Positions 28,220 through 38,032 of a stretch of 64,000 bases of DNA are shown one piece after another. Every line of letters begins with the position of its first letter. Within the stretch, counting starts at the first letter, position 1. The notes below the pieces were generated by a model. It worked only from the letters and a program-made list of their open reading frames with translations, was not told where the DNA came from and made no database searches. A program made the translations under genes and the position numbers. Origin of the DNA: an uncultured Gammaproteobacteria bacterium (lineage in GTDB: Bacteria; Patescibacteriota; Patescibacteriia; Patescibacteriales; UBA12465); assembly GCA_964355275.1 (NCBI GenBank), contig CAYHCB010000005.1, positions 4,325-68,324 of the forward strand, in the 5' to 3' direction.

Positions 28220-29542
28220 ATGAATAAACGTCTAAAACAAATAGTCTTACTTTTAGGTGATGTCGCCATTTTACACTTAGCGCTGCTTATTTCTCTCTTC
28301 CTGCGCTCTTTTAGTGAATCGCTTAGCACTCTATGGCAAAACAACTGGCCTTACTTTTTGCCTGTTTTTGGAATTTGGCTTCTAGTTTTGTACATTGGCG
28401 GTGCTTATAATTTAAATTTAGCTTACAAGTCAAGACAATTTAAATTAACAGCCATCAATTCCATTGTTTTTTCTGCCCTGCTCTCTATTATCTATTTCTA
28501 TCTCAATCAATCCGAGGTCTCGCCTAAGACAATTTTATTTATTTTTGTGATAGTTTTTGGATTATTATTCCTAGCTTGGCGATCCATTTTTAATTTTTTC
28601 GTTAAATCATATCTACCAAAAAATAACCTAGCCTTTATTGGTTGGAATGACGCCGTAGCCAGTCTCTTAGATGATATTAAAAACCAACCACACCATGGCT
28701 ATGAAACGGCTCTAGTTTTTAAAACTAAAGAAGAAATTAATAATCTGCCACAAATAATAAAAGAGAAAAATATTCACACGATTGTGTTAAGTGCTGAACT
28801 GGCTGGTGACCCTCAACTAATTGAAGCTTTATTTAGTTGTTTATCTTTAAATATCGCTTTTTATAATTTAGTTGACTTTTATGAAAGTATTAACGGTAAA
28901 ATACCGCTAGAGGCTATTGATGAGTCCTGGTTTATTGATAACTTAAATGAAAGTAATAAGCGTTACTTTAATTTATTTAAACGTGCCTTTGATGTTATTT
29001 TAAGCGGCACCGTGTTACTAATTAGTTTAATCTTTTGGTTACCTATTGCCCTGGCAATTAAACTAGAGAGCGCTGGGCCAATTTTCTTTAAACAAAAAAG
29101 AGTTGGTGAGAACGAAGAAACCTTTGATATGATTAAGTTTCGAAGCATGAAAGTAAGTGGTAACGACGGCTCAATGACTCAAGAAAAAGATAACCGGATA
29201 ACTAAAGTTGGTAATTTTTTACGTAAGAGTCGACTGGATGAAATTCCCCAGATGCTAAATATATTACGAGGTGAAATGAGTTTTATTGGACCGCGACCAG
29301 AAAGACCAGAATATGTTTTAGAACTAGCCAGTAAAATTCCCTTTTATAAAACTCGACTCCTTATTAAACCAGGCGTTAGTGGCTGGGACCAAGTATCGGG
29401 AATTTATCACTCACCATCAATAGAGGATACTATGGAAAAATTACAATATGATTTATATTATTTAAAACACCGTTCAATTTATTTTGACATCGCTATATTT
29501 TTAAAGACAGTAGCGACCGTGCTTAGTAGGGGCGGAAGATAG
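28220..29542 (+). CDS. Polyprenyl glycosylphosphotransferase (WcaJ/WbaP-type initiating transferase)
   Basis: N-terminal TMs; KRAFD, KFRSM, LDEIPQ and GEMSFIGPRPERP. Confidence 0.95.
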   Translation: MNKRLKQIVLLLGDVAILHLALLISLFLRSFSESLSTLWQNNWPYFLPVFGIWLLVLYIGGAYNLNLAYKSRQFKLTAINSIVFSALLSIIYFYLNQSEVSPKTILFIFVIVFGLLFLAWRSIFNFFVKSYLPKNNLAFIGWNDAVASLLDDIKNQPHHGYETALVFKTKEEINNLPQIIKEKNIHTIVLSAELAGDPQLIEALFSCLSLNIAFYNLVDFYESINGKIPLEAIDESWFIDNLNESNKRYFNLFKRAFDVILSGTVLLISLIFWLPIALAIKLESAGPIFFKQKRVGENEETFDMIKFRSMKVSGNDGSMTQEKDNRITKVGNFLRKSRLDEIPQMLNILRGEMSFIGPRPERPEYVLELASKIPFYKTRLLIKPGVSGWDQVSGIYHSPSIEDTMEKLQYDLYYLKHRSIYFDIAIFLKTVATVLSRGGR

Positions 29543-29557
29543 GAATAAATTAATATT

Positions 29558-30598
29558 ATGAAAAAAGCATTTATTACTGGAATTACCGGGCAAGATGGCT
29601 CATATTTAGCGGAGTTATTACTTGAAAAAGGTTATGAAGTTCATGGGCTCATTAGAAGGGCTAGTACTTTTAATACCGAAAGAATTGAAAATATTTATCA
29701 AGACCCACATTTAGATGGCACAAAATTATTTCTGCATTATGGCGATGTCGCTGATAGTAGTAATATCAACCGCCTACTAGAAAAAATTCAACCTGATGAA
29801 ATATACCACTTGGCCGCGCAAAGTCATGTCCGAGTCAGTTTTGACCTACCAGAGTATACTGCCGATGTCACTGGCCTAGGAACACTTAGATTACTAGATG
29901 CTATTAGAGAGTCAGGAATTAAAACTAAATTTTATCAAGCTTCATCAAGTGAAATGTTTGGTAAAGTTGAAGAAAAAGATTTACCAATTACGGAAAAAAC
30001 AGTTTTTTATCCTAGATCACCATATGGTTGCGCTAAAGTCTACGCTTATTGGATTACTAAAAATTATCGAGAAAGTTATAATTTATTTGCAGTTAACGGT
30101 ATTCTCTTTAATCATGAATCACCTCGCCGTGGTGAAACTTTTGTAACTAGAAAAATATCTCGTGGTTTATCTAGAATTAAACTAGACAAAGAAGAAAAAT
30201 TATATTTAGGTAACTTAGATGCTAAACGTGATTGGGGCTATGCTAAAGATTTTGTCTACGGCATGTATTTAATGCTTCAACAAGATAAACCAGATGATTA
30301 TGTATTAGCAACCGGTGAGACTCACAGCATCAGAGAGTTTGCTGAAGAAAGCGCCAAAATATTAGGCTTTGATTTAATTTGGGAAGGCGAAGGGTTAAAT
30401 GAAAAAGGAATTGATAAAAATAGCGGTAAAACAATTATTGAAATCGATCCTAAATATTTTAGACCGGCTGAAGTGGACGTTTTGCTTGGTGATTATAAAA
30501 AGGCTAAAACTGAACTAGGCTGGGAACCTCAAGTTAAATTTAAGGAGTTAGTAAAGATAATGACAGAAGCTGATTTTAAAAAAGAAGGCAAAAATTAA
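29558..30598 (+). CDS. gmd: GDP-mannose 4,6-dehydratase
   Basis: [23 protein letters not shown] and [16 protein letters not shown]. Confidence 0.98.
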   Translation: MKKAFITGITGQDGSYLAELLLEKGYEVHGLIRRASTFNTERIENIYQDPHLDGTKLFLHYGDVADSSNINRLLEKIQPDEIYHLAAQSHVRVSFDLPEYTADVTGLGTLRLLDAIRESGIKTKFYQASSSEMFGKVEEKDLPITEKTVFYPRSPYGCAKVYAYWITKNYRESYNLFAVNGILFNHESPRRGETFVTRKISRGLSRIKLDKEEKLYLGNLDAKRDWGYAKDFVYGMYLMLQQDKPDDYVLATGETHSIREFAEESAKILGFDLIWEGEGLNEKGIDKNSGKTIIEIDPKYFRPAEVDVLLGDYKKAKTELGWEPQVKFKELVKIMTEADFKKEGKN

Positions 30599-30602
30599 AT
30601 AT

Positions 30603-31544
30603 ATGGAAAAAAACGATAAAATTTATGTTGCCGGTCATCTTGGTTTAGTGGGGTCAGCTATTACTCGCAACTTAATAAAAAATGGCTATACTAATTTAAT
30701 TTTAAAGACTAGACAAGAGCTTAATCTTTTAAACCAACAAGAGGTGGCTAATTTTTTTGAAACAGAAAAACCAGATTATGTTTTTTTGGCCGCCGCCAAA
30801 GTTGGTGGCATAATAGCTAATAGTAAATACCCGGCTGAGTTTATTTACGAGAACCTGATGGTTCAAAATAATATAATTCACTCTGCTTATAATAATAAAG
30901 TAAAAAAATTATTATTCTTGGGCAGTTCCTGCATCTATCCTAAGTTAGCGCCCCAACCAATTAAAGAAGAATACCTACTTACCTCCCCGCTGGAAAAGAG
31001 TAATGAGGCTTATGCCATTGCTAAGATTGCTGGTCTAAAGCTATGTGAATACTACAATAAACAATATGGCACACAATATATCGCAGTGATGCCAACTAAT
31101 CTTTATGGCCCAAATGATAATTTCAATTTAGAGAATTCCCATGTTTTACCAGCTATGATTAGAAAGTTTCATGAAGCTAAAATAAATAACGACCAGAACC
31201 TGACTCTTTGGGGCAGTGGCTCACCAAAACGAGAATTTTTACACGTTGATGATTTAGCCGAAGCAACAATATTCTTAATGAATAACTATAACGGAGAAAA
31301 TATTCTAAACATCGGCACCGGCGAAGATTTGTCTATTAAAGAATTAGCGGAAACAATAAAAGAAATTGTAGGTTTTACGGGAGACATTATTTGGGATGAC
31401 AGTAAACCAGACGGCACTCCGAGAAAATTATTAGATGTCAGTTTAATAAATTCTCTCGGGTGGAAATATAAGACAAATCTAAAAGATGGCATAGAAAATA
31501 CCTATAGATGGTTCTTAGATAACCAAGAAAATATTAGAAGATAG
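30603..31544 (+). CDS. fcl: GDP-L-fucose synthase
   Basis: [17 protein letters not shown] and MPTNLYGP. Confidence 0.97.
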   Translation: MEKNDKIYVAGHLGLVGSAITRNLIKNGYTNLILKTRQELNLLNQQEVANFFETEKPDYVFLAAAKVGGIIANSKYPAEFIYENLMVQNNIIHSAYNNKVKKLLFLGSSCIYPKLAPQPIKEEYLLTSPLEKSNEAYAIAKIAGLKLCEYYNKQYGTQYIAVMPTNLYGPNDNFNLENSHVLPAMIRKFHEAKINNDQNLTLWGSGSPKREFLHVDDLAEATIFLMNNYNGENILNIGTGEDLSIKELAETIKEIVGFTGDIIWDDSKPDGTPRKLLDVSLINSLGWKYKTNLKDGIENTYRWFLDNQENIRR

Positions 31545-31545
31545 T

Positions 31546-31570
31546 AAAAAGACCCTTCGTGGGTCTTTTT
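31546..31570. terminator. Bidirectional intrinsic terminator
   Basis: AAAAAGACCC-ttcgt-GGGTCTTTTT where the two arms of the glycan locus converge. Confidence 0.9.
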
Positions 31571-32325
31571 TATTTGGACCACATTATATATTGAGATAAC
31601 TTAAATAATAATCTCCTAATAATATAAAGTGAGGGGATTTTTAAATTATTAACTGTCCAGGATCTCTTTAATTCTTCCCAACCTTTTCTTCTTTGCTCTA
31701 AATTACTAGCAGATGTTCCACCGTCATACATTCTTACAAATACTGATGGAATATATTTAACATTTATCTTATATATTTTTAAAAGTCTTAAAATAAACTC
31801 ATAATCTCCAGCTATTTTAAAATCAATATTAAAAATACCGCACTTATCATAAACTGCTTTGCGAAGAAATAGCGCTGGATGCGGAATTATCCAACCATTT
31901 TTTAATTTACTTTCTTTATATTTCCCGCTTTGCCAATACCTACTAATTTTATTTATATCATCAGAAAAATACTTAATATCACCATAGACAGCGTCAATAG
32001 TTTTATCTTTAAAAGCGTCACTAATAGTTAATAGTACTTTATCATTATCAAAGAAATCATCTGAATTTAAAATTCCAACAATCTCCCCAGTGGCTAATTT
32101 AACTCCTTTATTCATGGCGTCATAAATTCCCTTATCTGATTCTGAAATAAAATTAATCTTAATCTTATCTTGATAACTAGCTACAATTTCCGCCGTATTA
32201 TCAGATGATGCGCCATCAATAATAATATATTCTAAATCAGCGTAATTTTGAGCAATTACACTTTCAATGGTGCGAGCTATAGTGGCAGCAGAATTATATG
32301 ATGGAGTAATTAGAGATAATTTCAT
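31570..32325 (-). CDS. GT2 glycosyltransferase (WcaE/WfgS-like, candidate fucosyltransferase)
   Basis: IIIDGASSD, GIYDAMNKG and LNSDD. Confidence 0.9.
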   Translation of the reverse strand: MKLSLITPSYNSAATIARTIESVIAQNYADLEYIIIDGASSDNTAEIVASYQDKIKINFISESDKGIYDAMNKGVKLATGEIVGILNSDDFFDNDKVLLTISDAFKDKTIDAVYGDIKYFSDDINKISRYWQSGKYKESKLKNGWIIPHPALFLRKAVYDKCGIFNIDFKIAGDYEFILRLLKIYKINVKYIPSVFVRMYDGGTSASNLEQRRKGWEELKRSWTVNNLKIPSLYIIRRLLFKLSQYIMWSK

Positions 32326-33410
32326 GAAAAATATTTTTTAATTTCCAAAATAATTTGATCCTGTTCTTCAGTCTTTAAAAATGGATAACAAGGTAGTGAT
32401 AAAATTTCTAATTGAAAAGAGTCAGTTTTTTCTAAAAAAATAGTATCATATTCTTTAGAATAACAAAGTTGATGATGAATCGTTGTAGGATAATGAATTA
32501 AAGTTTCAACTCCTTTTTCGTATAAATAATTTTTAAGTCCATCTCGTTTACCATTTAAAACTCTAATAACAAATAAATGATAAGAATTATTTTTAGAAAA
32601 TTTAGAAATAACTAAATCTGGAATATTTTTTAACTCACTAGTATATTTTTTGGCAATTTTTCTTCGTTTATCAATAAACTTAGGAAGTTTTTTAAGTTTT
32701 ATATCTAGAAAGGCACACTGTAAAGCATCTGGTCGACAATTATTACCTTTTATAACATGGTTGTAACGCCCCTGTTGCCCATAATTTCTATAAGAACTGG
32801 AAAAATCACGGACCTTTTCATCGTTTGTTAGAATTAAACCACCCTCCCCTAAGGCACCTAAATTTTTTGTTGGATAAAAACTAAAAGCTTTTGTATTCAA
32901 GGCTGACTCATCTTTAAAACCAGCTCCATGAGCCTGGCAAGCATCCTCTAAAATAATTAAATTATGTTTTTTTGCAATAGTGTTAATAACCGCCATATTA
33001 CAAATCTGACCAAATAAATGAACTGGTAAAATAGCTTTTGTTTTTTCGGTAATTAAGCTTTCAATTTTATTTTCATCAATTAAAAAATCATCTTTTATGT
33101 CACAAAAAACTGGGATAGCACCAACATTAGATATTGCTAAGCTAGTAGCCACAGCGCTGTTTGAGACTGTTATAACTTCATCGCCAGGTTTTACGTTATA
33201 AGCCAAAAGAGCTATTTCTAAAGCTGATAAACCGGTAGATACAGCAATGGCATATTTATAATTATTATAAACTGCAAAATTATGTTCAAAGTTTTCAGTA
33301 AGCGGACCGAGAATATACATACCAGAACGGCCAAAATCTTTAAACGCTTTTAAAAAATGTTTTTCAAAATAATTCCATTCTCTAGTTAGTTCCGTAAAAG
33401 GCACATGCAT
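32322..33410 (-). CDS. DegT/DnrJ aminotransferase, FdtB/QdtB-like
   Basis: PVHLFG, EDACQAHGA and SFYPTKNLGALG; adjacent to an FdtA-like gene. Confidence 0.9.
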   Translation of the reverse strand: MHVPFTELTREWNYFEKHFLKAFKDFGRSGMYILGPLTENFEHNFAVYNNYKYAIAVSTGLSALEIALLAYNVKPGDEVITVSNSAVATSLAISNVGAIPVFCDIKDDFLIDENKIESLITEKTKAILPVHLFGQICNMAVINTIAKKHNLIILEDACQAHGAGFKDESALNTKAFSFYPTKNLGALGEGGLILTNDEKVRDFSSSYRNYGQQGRYNHVIKGNNCRPDALQCAFLDIKLKKLPKFIDKRRKIAKKYTSELKNIPDLVISKFSKNNSYHLFVIRVLNGKRDGLKNYLYEKGVETLIHYPTTIHHQLCYSKEYDTIFLEKTDSFQLEILSLPCYPFLKTEEQDQIILEIKKYFS

Positions 33411-33411
33411 A

Positions 33412-33855
33412 TTATTTTTTTATAAATTTTTTAAATTCATCATAGTCTCTAATATAATCATCTTTTTTATAATAATCAGCGGCCACTACTAAAATAACAC
33501 AGTCAGCAGAAAATTTAGACATCGTGTGCCATAAAGTTGCACCTAATCTTACGCCATAATATGGACTATTCATTTTAATACTTTGTTTTGTTTTTCCATC
33601 ATCCAAATTAAGATTGAAAGAACCATTAATACAAAAAATTACTTGTTCTAATTTTTTATGAGCATGAAAACCACGGACAGCTTCTTTGTTAAAAAGATTG
33701 TTAATAAAATAAATTCTTTTTATAGAAAAAGGAATATTTTTTAACGCTTCGCCAATCACTAGATTACCGTCAGGAAAATCATCATAAAATTGCATATTAA
33801 TAATGCCAGAATTTTTAACCTTAATTTTAGGTAACTTAACTTTTTGTTTAGTCAT
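33412..33855 (-). CDS. FdtA/QdtA cupin sugar 3,4-ketoisomerase
   Basis: IPFSIKRIY, RGFHAHK and DYIRDY. Confidence 0.92.
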   Translation of the reverse strand: MTKQKVKLPKIKVKNSGIINMQFYDDFPDGNLVIGEALKNIPFSIKRIYFINNLFNKEAVRGFHAHKKLEQVIFCINGSFNLNLDDGKTKQSIKMNSPYYGVRLGATLWHTMSKFSADCVILVVAADYYKKDDYIRDYDEFKKFIKK

Positions 33856-34825
33856 ATTTTTTGTGAGAATAATAAAATAAAACGATTAATCTTTTTATTT
33901 GTTGTTTAATTTTATCCTTAAAAGTTTCGAGTGATCTATATCCATAATTAAAACTCGGGTCAATTAATTTTACTTTATTTATTAAATTAGTAATATTATC
34001 TACATACGGGCCATAAATTATTTTTTCGATCTCTGAAGAAATTTTATAAAAAGATGAATATAACTCAAATTTTTCTGAAGTTATAACTTTCAAGGTATGG
34101 GTGTGATAAAAAACCAAAGGCGTATTATCCACTAAAATCTGACCACTACTTTCAGTAATTTTATAATTACCAATATTCCAAGGGGCTAGATCAGCGCCAA
34201 CATTTTTAGATACACAAACACCTTTAAAATCTTTAGGCCAAGTGTCTAAATACATTTGATCCCCAAATTTACCGTCCTCATATCTATTATAACACCAATT
34301 AAGACAATCTTTACTCCACTTATCTAAAACAGCTAAGCCTAGTTCATTATTTTTAAAAATAACAAAAGCAACATTGTAAATACCGGAGCGCGCTTCTAGA
34401 TACTTCAAGTTAGGCTCATAGTTGTGCTTAATTATTAAAACTGAATCAGAGGCGAGCTCATCATAAAGAACTTGCGGAGAGGAATAAAAATAAATATCAC
34501 TATCTAAATAAGTAATATGATCTAATTCTATATTATTTTTAATAACAAAATTAGTAAAAATTGAACCTAAAGTCCAGCAATACTCTCCATGACTTCGATT
34601 GGCCTTAGCTTCTAATAATTCTTTATCTTCAACTTCGTATAATTTAATTAAAACTGTATTTTTTAAAGCCATAGCCAATAAAAGATCGTAACACTCCATA
34701 TCTAAACATAAAATCCATAACTTAAAGTCTGGACAGCATTTAACTATAGAATCATAAAGAGCTAAACCTCTAAAGGCATAGTTCTTGTCAAAAAGAGTGC
34801 AGAAATTATAAGTCATATTTTTCAC
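33848..34825 (-). CDS. Putative GT-A fold glycosyltransferase
   Basis: FCTLFD, EYCWT, YLDSD (DxD), DQMYLD and LAPWN. Confidence 0.75.
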   Translation of the reverse strand: MKNMTYNFCTLFDKNYAFRGLALYDSIVKCCPDFKLWILCLDMECYDLLLAMALKNTVLIKLYEVEDKELLEAKANRSHGEYCWTLGSIFTNFVIKNNIELDHITYLDSDIYFYSSPQVLYDELASDSVLIIKHNYEPNLKYLEARSGIYNVAFVIFKNNELGLAVLDKWSKDCLNWCYNRYEDGKFGDQMYLDTWPKDFKGVCVSKNVGADLAPWNIGNYKITESSGQILVDNTPLVFYHTHTLKVITSEKFELYSSFYKISSEIEKIIYGPYVDNITNLINKVKLIDPSFNYGYRSLETFKDKIKQQIKRLIVLFYYSHKKYD

Positions 34826-35468
34826 ACAAAAAAATAGATTCTTTAGAAAAAAAGTTTGGCCAAATTAAATTAGCTATTTTTTTAAAACAACCCAAATGTG
34901 CTTGTTTAATAATTTTTATACTATTGTTTTTACAAAAAATTTTAAAATCACGATTACTTAATTGATGAATATGCCCAGTATTAAACCAAGAATATTTATG
35001 AAGCATTGGTCTTGGCATAACACCATTAAACAAAAGATCCAAACGATTTTCAAAATAGGCAAAATTAGGAAAAGAAATAATTTGGTATTTGGAGATACGT
35101 GACATCTCTCTTAACGTTACTTCAGGATAAACAAGCATTTGAATGGTTACGTTACAAATAGCATAATCAAACTGGCCATTATTGTAATCAATATAAGTTT
35201 CTGTTTTATCAATCTCTCCACGCTTCACCTCCAAATCATTTTTTAAACAAAAATCTACACCTGATTGAGAAATTTCTAAGCCTTCAATAATTACATCCTT
35301 TTTATCTTTCAAATATTTCATTAAAGAGCCGTTGCCACAACCAAGATCAATAACTTTTGAATTGTTTTTTATCCAATCATTTATTATTTGAAATTCATTT
35401 CTAATATAAAAGTCTTCACTACTAAAATCATAGTCTCGATTATCATTTGTTTCTGGATTATCTATCAT
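34806..35468 (-). CDS. SAM-dependent methyltransferase, MetW-like
   Basis: VIDLGCGNG, IISFPNF and WFNTGHIH. Confidence 0.85.
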   Translation of the reverse strand: MIDNPETNDNRDYDFSSEDFYIRNEFQIINDWIKNNSKVIDLGCGNGSLMKYLKDKKDVIIEGLEISQSGVDFCLKNDLEVKRGEIDKTETYIDYNNGQFDYAICNVTIQMLVYPEVTLREMSRISKYQIISFPNFAYFENRLDLLFNGVMPRPMLHKYSWFNTGHIHQLSNRDFKIFCKNNSIKIIKQAHLGCFKKIANLIWPNFFSKESIFLCEKYDL

Positions 35469-35469
35469 A

Positions 35470-36594
35470 TTATAAATATTTATTAAGTATAATTAAAAGT
35501 TCTTTCATTCTAACTTTATAGTTATGAGTTTCTAAGGTTCTCTTCTGCCCGGCGGCAGCAATCAATTTTCTCTCTTCTTCATGCTCTAAATAATACTTTA
35601 TTTTCCCAGCTAAATCATCAGCATCTTTATATGTAACAACTTCTTCGCCAACTTTAAAAATGTCACCTAGATTCTTTTTTTCATCGGTTATAAGTAGCGT
35701 ACCAACACCGGTTGCTTCATAAAGAGTCATATTATTTGCATAATCGTTGGCGACAGCCTGAATATGCTTAGTCATGGTTATTTTAGAATTGTATAGAATG
35801 TTAAACATCTCTAATCCCCAAGCTTCACCATGAAAATTATTTCTAATTTTACTTTCTGGAGCTAATTCACTAAAACCATAACCAAAAAAATCTATAGGCG
35901 TAACTTCATTAGCACTCTCTAATAAAATGTTCCTCTCTTGATGAACCTGGCCGTAACCGCCAATATGAACCACTGGAAATGAATTTTCTCTCTTATTCAA
36001 ATGATTTAATATTTCCTCCTCAAAGCCTAATTTAAAATATTCACTCTTAATTCCGACGGCTTTAAATTTTTCAACAAAATTTGGCAAAGAAGAAAGAATC
36101 AAATCATATTCTTTAAAATTACTCATGGCTGGTAAGGGGCAAGCAATTTGTCCAACTAATAATTTACAATGTTTTTTTATCTTTCTCAAAAAAACTGGCG
36201 AAATGTGTGCCATTAACTGAACATAAACAACATCTGGTTTATATTCTTTAATTTGTGCTAGCATAGCACGATAATACCAATCATTAGATATATATAACTT
36301 TCTTTTTACTGTTCGCAAAATTTTATTATTATCAAAATAGTCTAAGAGATGGCAATATATAATATTTCTTTCTTTCAACCATTGCTTCTGAAGATAATGA
36401 TTATTAATAACTACATCTTGCGCTTCGTGCCCTAGAAGATTCAAATTTTTTGAATAGTAATCCGCGGTACCAAAAAATTGAGAAAAATAAAATTTAGCCC
36501 TCTCATTATAACTAAGAGACGACCAATCTTTATTATTTTTTACAACGCTTTCAATGAAAGCTGGGTAATCAGAATTAAGAATAAGAATCTTCAT
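35470..36594 (-). CDS. CgeB-like GT-B glycosyltransferase
   Basis: ANNMTLYEATGVG and IAAAGQKRTLETHNY C-terminal domain. Confidence 0.85.
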   Translation of the reverse strand: MKILILNSDYPAFIESVVKNNKDWSSLSYNERAKFYFSQFFGTADYYSKNLNLLGHEAQDVVINNHYLQKQWLKERNIIYCHLLDYFDNNKILRTVKRKLYISNDWYYRAMLAQIKEYKPDVVYVQLMAHISPVFLRKIKKHCKLLVGQIACPLPAMSNFKEYDLILSSLPNFVEKFKAVGIKSEYFKLGFEEEILNHLNKRENSFPVVHIGGYGQVHQERNILLESANEVTPIDFFGYGFSELAPESKIRNNFHGEAWGLEMFNILYNSKITMTKHIQAVANDYANNMTLYEATGVGTLLITDEKKNLGDIFKVGEEVVTYKDADDLAGKIKYYLEHEEERKLIAAAGQKRTLETHNYKVRMKELLIILNKYL

Positions 36595-36600
36595 ACAGCA

Positions 36601-37326
36601 TTATTTATGTCTAATAATTGATTTTAAAAGAGGATCTTCACCGAACAAGCTCTTTAAAATTTCAGCATTAGGAACTACGCAATGTCCACCAATTTTACTA
36701 TTTTTTGGTGAAAACAAAACAGGACGAATAACATTAGACATGCCTAATTTTTTATAACCCTCATTATAAGTCTCGTTAAAATCAGTCATTACATCAGTAA
36801 AATTAATTTTCTGCTTTGCGCAAATCTTATTCGCATAATCATGAAAAGCGATGCAAACGCCATAATATGTAGTGTCTAATAATTTCCCTAACTCACTAGT
36901 TTTAGAACTCTCTAAAACTTTAACATTCTTAATTCCTAAGGATTTAAGATGTTTAGCGGCTTTTAAACCTAAACGCTTATCGTCCGCACCAATATATTTA
37001 ACAAAGGTCTTTATACCTTTGTATAAATTAGGATGAACACCTCTAACTGGAGAATGAACAACGTTACCAAATTTTTTATATAAATCTAAAGTGCTGCCCA
37101 AACCGATAGTAGAATGTATAATAACTAACTTTGGTTTATATTTAGTAATATTACTTGAAATAATTTTCTGAAAATCTTTTAAATACGGTAAGCAAACATG
37201 AAGAACATCTAAATTTTCTTCAAAAGTATTAATATCTAAATCTCTAATCAGTGGTTTCTTATAGAATTTAGCAGTGGCTTGGCCAATTTCGCCATAGCCC
37301 AGTATTCCAACTTTTTGTTTTTGCAT
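36601..37326 (-). CDS. Short nucleotide-sugar 6-dehydrogenase-like protein
   Basis: GILGYGEIG, IIHST, SELGKL and GGHC; C-terminal domain absent. Confidence 0.75.
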   Translation of the reverse strand: MQKQKVGILGYGEIGQATAKFYKKPLIRDLDINTFEENLDVLHVCLPYLKDFQKIISSNITKYKPKLVIIHSTIGLGSTLDLYKKFGNVVHSPVRGVHPNLYKGIKTFVKYIGADDKRLGLKAAKHLKSLGIKNVKVLESSKTSELGKLLDTTYYGVCIAFHDYANKICAKQKINFTDVMTDFNETYNEGYKKLGMSNVIRPVLFSPKNSKIGGHCVVPNAEILKSLFGEDPLLKSIIRHK

Positions 37327-37334
37327 ATTATTTA

Positions 37335-38030
37335 TTAGTTAATTTTTTGAAGAATTAAAACGTAGCCATTCTTTTTAGCACATGGAAAATTAATATATAC
37401 CCACAATAACGCAAGGATTGCATTAATAAAATACTTAATTTTAGATGAACCAATATTATGTAATTTTAGATTTTCTTTTCTATACCAACATTTTATAACT
37501 TTTACATTACCTGCGCCAACTTTTTGTTGTTGAACATTATTAAAATAATTTAAGATAGTTTCTGGTGGATAAGGACGAATATGATCAATATCTAAATAGA
37601 AGTCTGGATACATCAATGGACTTCTAATAATTATATATCCATTATTTTTAGTAATTCTAATTATCTCATCGAGAAAATTAGCAACATCTGGGTATTTAAA
37701 GTGTTCGATAATATGAGAGCAATGCAAAATATCAAAATTTTCATCATTAAATGGAAACTTAACGGCATCGCTAATTGTAGTTTTTAATCCCCTATCTTCT
37801 GTTATTTTTGCTAGATCAGAATTAATTTCTAAGCATTCAATATTCAAATTAGTAAACAATTCTTTTATATTTACGGGAAAACGACCGAGACCAGAGCCAA
37901 CTTCTAAATATTTAAATTGATTTTCTTTGCTTAAATTTTCCAAAAAATTAAGAACTTCGCGATCTTCATTATTATTAGTTTTATCGATAAATTTTTGCTT
38001 TTGATTTAAGAAAAATAAATTTAATTTCAT
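37335..38030 (-). CDS. Class I SAM-dependent methyltransferase
   Basis: LEVGSGLG, CSHIIEH and DHIRPY. Confidence 0.88.
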   Translation of the reverse strand: MKLNLFFLNQKQKFIDKTNNNEDREVLNFLENLSKENQFKYLEVGSGLGRFPVNIKELFTNLNIECLEINSDLAKITEDRGLKTTISDAVKFPFNDENFDILHCSHIIEHFKYPDVANFLDEIIRITKNNGYIIIRSPLMYPDFYLDIDHIRPYPPETILNYFNNVQQQKVGAGNVKVIKCWYRKENLKLHNIGSSKIKYFINAILALLWVYINFPCAKKNGYVLILQKIN

Positions 38031-38032
38031 AA

